From contig JBBRCZ010000006.1 in NCBI GenBank assembly GCA_038204425.1, positions 32,001 through 96,000 on the forward strand: DNA of 64,000 nt, in the 5' to 3' direction. This DNA is from Spirochaetia bacterium. GTDB lineage: Bacteria > Spirochaetota > Spirochaetia > DSM-27196 > Salinispiraceae. Made by a program: the position numbers and the translations under genes. Under the pieces are notes generated by a model. It was given only the letters and a program-made list of their open reading frames with translations. It made no database searches and was not told the origin of the DNA. This document shows, piece by piece, positions 59,025 to 64,000 of this stretch. How positions within the stretch are numbered: position 1 is the first letter of the stretch; every line of letters starts with the position of its first letter.

Positions 59025-60770
59025 ATGAAGGCGTCTCTGCTATTTCTACCTATCAAATCTAAAGCTCCGAGTGTGGCTCTACCCTCTCTAACGCAACTCT
59101 TAACCGATGGTGGTTATATTCGTAGCATCGGTGATGGTCTCTACGCTTTTTTACCGCTTGGTATGCTTGTTTTGCAAAGCATAATCCAATTGATCCGCAC
59201 CGAGCTCAAAAGGCTCGGTGGTCAAGAAATCTTATTGCCAATGGTGAGCCCAATGCCACTATTGGAAGCCACAGGGCAGGATCAAATTCTGGGGAGTGAG
59301 CTGCTTACTCTAAAAGATAGCAAAGACCGAATCTTGGCTATCGCTCCTTCACACGATGCGCCCATGCTGGAACTTTTAAAGGGTGTCTTGCATTCGAGCT
59401 GGCAATTGCCGGCCTACTTTTTCCAGATCCAAGCCAAGGCCAAAGACGACCTCAGCCTTGGAAGTGCAGAAGCAGGCTTTTTGGCGCCGCGCGAATACTT
59501 GATGAATGATTCATTTAGCGTTCATCAAAGCTTTACGCAACTAAACAACTTTATTCCAAAGATTTACGGTGCGTTTAGACGCATATTTACGCTTTGTGGC
59601 CTGGAGCCCTTAGTATCAGAAGGTGCTCCGAGTGATCCTTTTGGCTTGCACAGTCATGATTTTATTGTGCTGGACAAGCACGGTGATTATCGGGTGGTAG
59701 TTTGTGAACAATGCCACTATATTGCCGACCAAAGGCTGGCAGTTGGCTTGTCCAAGATTAGCTGTCACCGCCCCTTGCCCCTCGAGCGTGGATCAAAGAC
59801 GGCGACGCATTGTTTGGGGGATCTTTTGAGGGAGCTGGGGTTTGCCACAAGTCAATTGGCGCTTGCTCATGTTTACAGTGCCCAAAAAGGCTTTGTGATG
59901 GCTGTTGCAAGAGCAGATCAGGCCATTAGTCGGGTCAAATTGAGTAGAATTTTGGGTGAGCCCATTTTTCAAGCCCTTGATGCGTCTGCACTGGAATCCT
60001 TGGACCTCTGTCCAGGTTTTATGTCGCCAATGGGTTTGGATCTGCAAGATACGCTGTCGTATGGATTAAGGATAGTAGTAGACAAGTCGGTTGCAGAGAC
60101 ACCTAATCTACTGATTGGTGCTAACCTGTCCGGTGAGTACTGGGTCAACAGCAATTTTGGTCGGGACTACGAAGCACATCTGGTTGGTGACATTGCTGTT
60201 GTTGATGAACGCCAACGCTGTTATCACTGTGGTGGTGAGCTTAAAGTATATGAGGCAATCAAGATTGCCTCTATTGATCGTGTCAATGATATGCACTCGC
60301 GCGCTCTGTCATTGTTGGTCAAAGACGACAAGGGTACTTTGATTCCCCCTTGCATGGGATTTTACGGTTTGAGTATCACGCGACTTTTGGGAGCGGTGGC
60401 CTTAAGCTACCGGGACGAACGAGGGCTTCGTTGGCCATTGCAAGTTACTCCTTACAAAGCGGTGCTTCAAGTTGTAGGAAAGAATTTTCGACTTCAGCTT
60501 CTTGCCCAAGAAATCCATGACTCGCTAGGCGAGCATCTACTGTGGGATGACAGGCCGATTTCATTCTCGCAAAAATGTCTCGACGCTGATAGAATGGGCA
60601 TTTCTATGCGGATAATCATTTCTACGGCAAGTCTCGCAGATCGAAGTGTTATGATTCTGTCACGAACCGGTACATTGAGGAAGCGTGTCACTTTTCATAC
60701 CGTTAGGTCGGTTTTGATGGAGTACTGGAGGCTCGAGCGTGAGGCCCACGGACTACACGAAGAGGTATAA
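59025..60770 (+). CDS. Divergent prolyl-tRNA synthetase paralog (catalytic + INS + anticodon-binding domains)
   Basis: Colinear with bacterial ProRS (GLYAFLPLG, QLP..FQIQ, RE.LM.D, GAN, MG.YG, DDR) but key motifs altered; start ATG 59025 inferred. Confidence 0.8.
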   Translation: MKASLLFLPIKSKAPSVALPSLTQLLTDGGYIRSIGDGLYAFLPLGMLVLQSIIQLIRTELKRLGGQEILLPMVSPMPLLEATGQDQILGSELLTLKDSKDRILAIAPSHDAPMLELLKGVLHSSWQLPAYFFQIQAKAKDDLSLGSAEAGFLAPREYLMNDSFSVHQSFTQLNNFIPKIYGAFRRIFTLCGLEPLVSEGAPSDPFGLHSHDFIVLDKHGDYRVVVCEQCHYIADQRLAVGLSKISCHRPLPLERGSKTATHCLGDLLRELGFATSQLALAHVYSAQKGFVMAVARADQAISRVKLSRILGEPIFQALDASALESLDLCPGFMSPMGLDLQDTLSYGLRIVVDKSVAETPNLLIGANLSGEYWVNSNFGRDYEAHLVGDIAVVDERQRCYHCGGELKVYEAIKIASIDRVNDMHSRALSLLVKDDKGTLIPPCMGFYGLSITRLLGAVALSYRDERGLRWPLQVTPYKAVLQVVGKNFRLQLLAQEIHDSLGEHLLWDDRPISFSQKCLDADRMGISMRIIISTASLADRSVMILSRTGTLRKRVTFHTVRSVLMEYWRLEREAHGLHEEV

Positions 60771-60776
60771 AACACA

Positions 60777-61667
60777 ATGAGCTTTGAACTGAGCCCAGAT
60801 TTATTGAACGATTTGATTTTTGGCATGGAAAATCAGCAGGCCCAACAAGTTCTTGATACTAAGTCGCTAAAACTCATTGAGGGTCGCCCAGAGCTAAGCG
60901 ATGATGTAAACTATCTGCTTCTGCCCGAATGGACGTCAGCCAATGGTTTTGAATTGATGGAGAGCTTCGTACTAGGGCTGCACAGTCCATTGTTAAGAGA
61001 GCGCCTGTGGTCAATTCTGGAGAGCGGGCGCGGGGTCTTTAAAAACTTTAAGGCCGCATTGCGAGAAGAGCCAGCACTCGAGCAAAAGTGGCAGCGCCAC
61101 AAGCGCTTGGCGATGAGAAGTCATATTTTGGGTTGGTACAACGAATTAAGAGACTATTGGGGGCTTTTGCCGATCGCGGCCATGGAGGAAGAGGACGGAG
61201 ATACTACTGAGCTGGTCAAGTGGGACTTTAGTATTCGATCGGCGGACATAGAGCATATTGTGTCTCTTACTAGTTTAGATAAACACTACTTCCAAGAAAA
61301 TCTGCGGCAACTTGACTTGTCAGATCTAAGCCAGGATGGAGCTGAGCAGCTTTTTTTGTACTTTAGAGAAGGCCTTGCGCCGCCCCGGCCAGAGCAATTT
61401 ATAGTTTGTTATACTCCAGATGACGAGATAGCTGGCTTTCTTTGGTATCAAAACCGTTGCGGACTCAATGAAATTCTTCAACTTGCTGTCGCAGAGGCTT
61501 ATCGAGGCTTGGGAATTGCTAAGTCGCTGATGGAACAATTCCACAAAAAGATTGCTGCTAGCACAGGGCAAAAAATCATTGTAAAACTGCCTTCTCAGCC
61601 AACTTGGGTTGCTCAAAGTTTTGAGAAACAAGGGTTCAAAAGTCTCGGTTCAATTGCTTTGTTTTAG
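60777..61667 (+). CDS. UPF0158-domain / GNAT acetyltransferase fusion
   Basis: MSFELS..LIFGMENQ, LPEWTSANGFELMESF, GRGVFKNFK; C-terminal LAVAEAYRGLGIAKSLM, FEKQGF. Confidence 0.8.
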   Translation: MSFELSPDLLNDLIFGMENQQAQQVLDTKSLKLIEGRPELSDDVNYLLLPEWTSANGFELMESFVLGLHSPLLRERLWSILESGRGVFKNFKAALREEPALEQKWQRHKRLAMRSHILGWYNELRDYWGLLPIAAMEEEDGDTTELVKWDFSIRSADIEHIVSLTSLDKHYFQENLRQLDLSDLSQDGAEQLFLYFREGLAPPRPEQFIVCYTPDDEIAGFLWYQNRCGLNEILQLAVAEAYRGLGIAKSLMEQFHKKIAASTGQKIIVKLPSQPTWVAQSFEKQGFKSLGSIALF

Positions 61668-62539
61668 GCTTGCAACCTTATATTTTCGGCGAAGACATGT
61701 ATGCGTTCAAGCTCAGCCATAACTGCGTCAGCGACTGCTTGTTTGGGATCTTCCTCGGTCCGGCCGCGATTGGCGGTCCTAAACTCTTTGGTGTCGAGAA
61801 TCGTGTCGGCATAGAAGACAACTTTATCAGCAAAAGGCATGTCTTTGGTCATGTCGCCATTTGGATTGGGACGCAGGGTATTTCCTGCGATGCCGATCAA
61901 AAGTAGGTGGTCAAAGGACTTTATGTAAGAGTCGATTTCTTTTAGACCTCTCTTGGTTTGGTCATGACCAGGTCTATAACGTGTCCCAGAAGGAAAAACT
62001 AGAACTATGTTGCCTTTGTGTTTGTGACGGACCATTTCATGTAACGCGGCCATGTTAATCGAACGAGCTCGCATAACTTCCTCTTGAGCTGTTGGGCCAT
62101 CCTCTTTGAGTTTGCTTAGGCTTCTGGATGGATAGATAACGATCCGGCTGTAAGCCTCAGCAAACGCGCGTGCAAAATTGGTTTCTTCGTTAAGCTTAGC
62201 ACCCGCCATCGCAATGATCTGATTGACTGCAGCTTTAGCGTCTGCTGAGTGCTGTTCCATTAAGTAGAAGAAATTGGGAATATCAAAGTTAGAGTAGTGT
62301 TCCATGAGTATCAGACAGGATTGGCCGGCCTGTGCTCGTCGGGCTAGTTCCAGAATATTTTCCATACCGGCCACCTGGCTGCCTGGCGTGATCAACTGGC
62401 CCAAAAGTTTATCAATGTGTAGGCGATTGGCGAGATTTGCGACTTGGAAGACATTGCTTGGATCAATTCTGGCGGCTTGGACGGAGTTTTTGAGCATGAC
62501 CGCAATTATTTCCTGCGCCATTACATCTATAGATTTCAC
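61664..62539 (-). CDS. Glycerol-3-phosphate / lysophospholipid acyltransferase (PlsC-like)
   Basis: HxxxxD motif EHYSNFD, FPSGTR; GTG start at 62539 after AGGAGAG. Confidence 0.82.
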   Translation of the reverse strand: MKSIDVMAQEIIAVMLKNSVQAARIDPSNVFQVANLANRLHIDKLLGQLITPGSQVAGMENILELARRAQAGQSCLILMEHYSNFDIPNFFYLMEQHSADAKAAVNQIIAMAGAKLNEETNFARAFAEAYSRIVIYPSRSLSKLKEDGPTAQEEVMRARSINMAALHEMVRHKHKGNIVLVFPSGTRYRPGHDQTKRGLKEIDSYIKSFDHLLLIGIAGNTLRPNPNGDMTKDMPFADKVVFYADTILDTKEFRTANRGRTEEDPKQAVADAVMAELERIHVFAENIRLQA

Positions 62540-62737
62540 CCTGGTGGCTCTCCTGATCAAAAATTGGCTTGAGTTAAGAAAAAAACCGCATAGCCATAGA
62601 ATAGAATCCAGCAAGTAGTTATAGATTGTGTTTGTGATCGTCAATGAGCATGTGCAAATCTTTGATACTTGGTATTCGTGTAAACATAGTATCACAAAAA
62701 AGTTGCTTCTCGTCTACTGGCAGGTGTTAAGCTAAAG

Positions 62738-63709
62738 CTACTGTGGAACGTTGAGTAAGGAGTACAAACGACCCTCTGAGTTGGAGCCGCGAGACAAATT
62801 GAGCGCGTCGAGTTGCGTCTCACCAAAGGACAGGTAATGGTAGTAGTAGGTGCCTGGCAGCAATTTGAGTTCTAGCTCAAAGACTCTGAGCGAAGCGTCG
62901 CGCGGGTAGGAGCCCGCGTCAAGAAGTTGGTGCATGTAGGGGTCAAAGTGATTAAAAGTGCCAGCAGCAAAAATTTCACTGCCTGCCGGGCCAACGTAAC
63001 GTAAGATAACTTTTTTGCCTGACCTACTACCAATAGAAGCTTGACGGGCCATTTCTGCTGCAGTGCTCGCCGTGCGTTGCGGTGTTTGATGAATGTTAAC
63101 AATCTCAGGGCTAATGGTGGCAAGCGAAGGTGCTCGTTCGATCGCTATCTGCGAAACCAACGAACCGTTAATCTTGCGCAGTGTGTTTTTGTTGGCAGGA
63201 TCATGGGTCCAAATGCCATCAATCACATAGCGATACTCAAGTGGTGATCCCGAGGCTGTAAGTTCTTGCTGAGTTTTTCGAGCTAGGGTGTAATAGAGGA
63301 AATAGACCGTGCTTTCTGTCCCGTCGGTAAAGTTGTTAACTGTCTTGGTCATGGTGTGTAGAATTCTATAGTTTTCATGGGCAAAGGCCATCGCTACGTG
63401 ACGAACAACTTTGCTACGCAGATCCTGAACACCACGGTTGCTGGTATGGAAACTTGGTCCCAGATTAGCTGATGTCGCGGCATATGAAAACAAAATAATG
63501 GTTTCGGGCGCTTGAAAGTCAGGTTGGAGCGAAGCTACGAACCTTGGTTGACTTGCTGTTCGCAATGACTTTATTTCCTGATGTCTGGTCTGGCCCATGT
63601 TTTGGCTATAAAGAGGCGAGTTATCAGTGTTTACAGATTCGGCCATAAGCGGATACAATCCGCAAAGGAGCATCACAAAAATACTTGTTGTTTTTCTAAG
63701 ACCACGCAT
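62738..63709 (-). CDS. Exported protein with two CBM48/AMPK-like glycogen-binding domains
   Basis: Signal peptide; YRYVIDGIWTHDPAN and AGTFNHFDPY..LLPGTYYY..DALN; start ATG 63709. Confidence 0.65.
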   Translation of the reverse strand: MRGLRKTTSIFVMLLCGLYPLMAESVNTDNSPLYSQNMGQTRHQEIKSLRTASQPRFVASLQPDFQAPETIILFSYAATSANLGPSFHTSNRGVQDLRSKVVRHVAMAFAHENYRILHTMTKTVNNFTDGTESTVYFLYYTLARKTQQELTASGSPLEYRYVIDGIWTHDPANKNTLRKINGSLVSQIAIERAPSLATISPEIVNIHQTPQRTASTAAEMARQASIGSRSGKKVILRYVGPAGSEIFAAGTFNHFDPYMHQLLDAGSYPRDASLRVFELELKLLPGTYYYHYLSFGETQLDALNLSRGSNSEGRLYSLLNVPQ

Positions 63710-63793
63710 GTATCTATTGTATCGGCAATGGCGATGCTTTCTTGATACAGTCACTTGAGAAATCTACAAGTATGTCGATGATAGTCTATAGCG

Positions 63794-64000
63794 ATGCCAG
63801 AACTAGAGCAACTTGAAAAGTTTAACCAAGACCTCATCAATATCGGCGACGAACCAGCCCAGGCTAAACGCCGAGGCGAAGATATAGAGAGGGTTATGAC
63901 GCCCGAGGAATATCCTCTCAATAATGTAGGTTCCGGCGTCAAAACAAACAAATCAACCGTCAGTGCTTCAAATGATGAGGGCCAAGGGCAGGACGATGCC
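63794..64000 (+). CDS. 5' end of a probable FlcA-like periplasmic flagellar collar protein (truncated by window edge)
   Basis: Open frame to the edge: MPELEQLEKFNQDLINIGDEPAQAKRRGE, resembling the spirochaete FlcA N-terminus as I recall it; extended -10 TGaTAGTCT 6 nt upstream; absent from the ORF track because it has no stop. Confidence 0.55.
   Translation, partial: MPELEQLEKFNQDLINIGDEPAQAKRRGEDIERVMTPEEYPLNNVGSGVKTNKSTVSASNDEGQGQDDA

Noticed and set aside
62663..62694. TGATACT...AGTATCA dyad or Rex-like box upstream of the acyltransferase
   Set aside because: Short arms and spacing that does not fit the Rex consensus
63751..63951. 66-aa minus-strand ORF
   Set aside because: Antisense to the better-supported plus-strand ORF starting at 63794
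1..64000. tRNA, rRNA, IS/integrase, prophage or defence systems
   Set aside because: None recognised; intergenic gaps are short and lack cloverleaf or terminal-repeat signatures. Very small or divergent elements could be missed by eye.

Overview
A gene-dense bacterial chromosome segment, most likely from a spirochaete. That call rests on an FlcA-like flagellar collar start at the right edge, a spirochaete-style MCP, a tandem FMN-binding protein, an acyltransferase and a UPF0158-GNAT gene. The centre (12.2-39.8 kb) is a ~27 kb co-directional surface-glycan operon. It is preceded by a LoaP/NusG-paralog gene, a sigma70 promoter overlapped by a perfect 8-5-8 palindrome, a structured leader with a U-tract, and a MarR-type regulator. 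It encodes legionaminic-acid-type synthesis (with HisF2/HisH2/amidotransferase and oxidoreductase-CMP synthetase-SDR modules), UDP-L-FucNAc (fnlABC), dTDP-L-Rha (rmlACDB), Wzx/Wzy-like proteins, glycosyltransferases and a decayed GT2 remnant. Next to it lie an ATPase-less LolE/FtsX x2 + LolA-like + outer-membrane protein cluster and, divergently, wecA plus two Wzi-like barrels. The flanks carry housekeeping and signalling genes: a glycyl radical enzyme end with its activase, an amino-acid ABC transporter, c-di-GMP enzymes, STAS/RsbW proteins, a pyrF-pyrE fusion and trxB. There is also a full-length but motif-degenerate ProRS paralog coupled to the UPF0158-GNAT gene. At least eight genes appear leaderless (TAnnnT-N6/7-start). 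I found no tRNA, rRNA, CRISPR array, transposase or integrase. All calls come from motif recognition by eye; no database searches were run.
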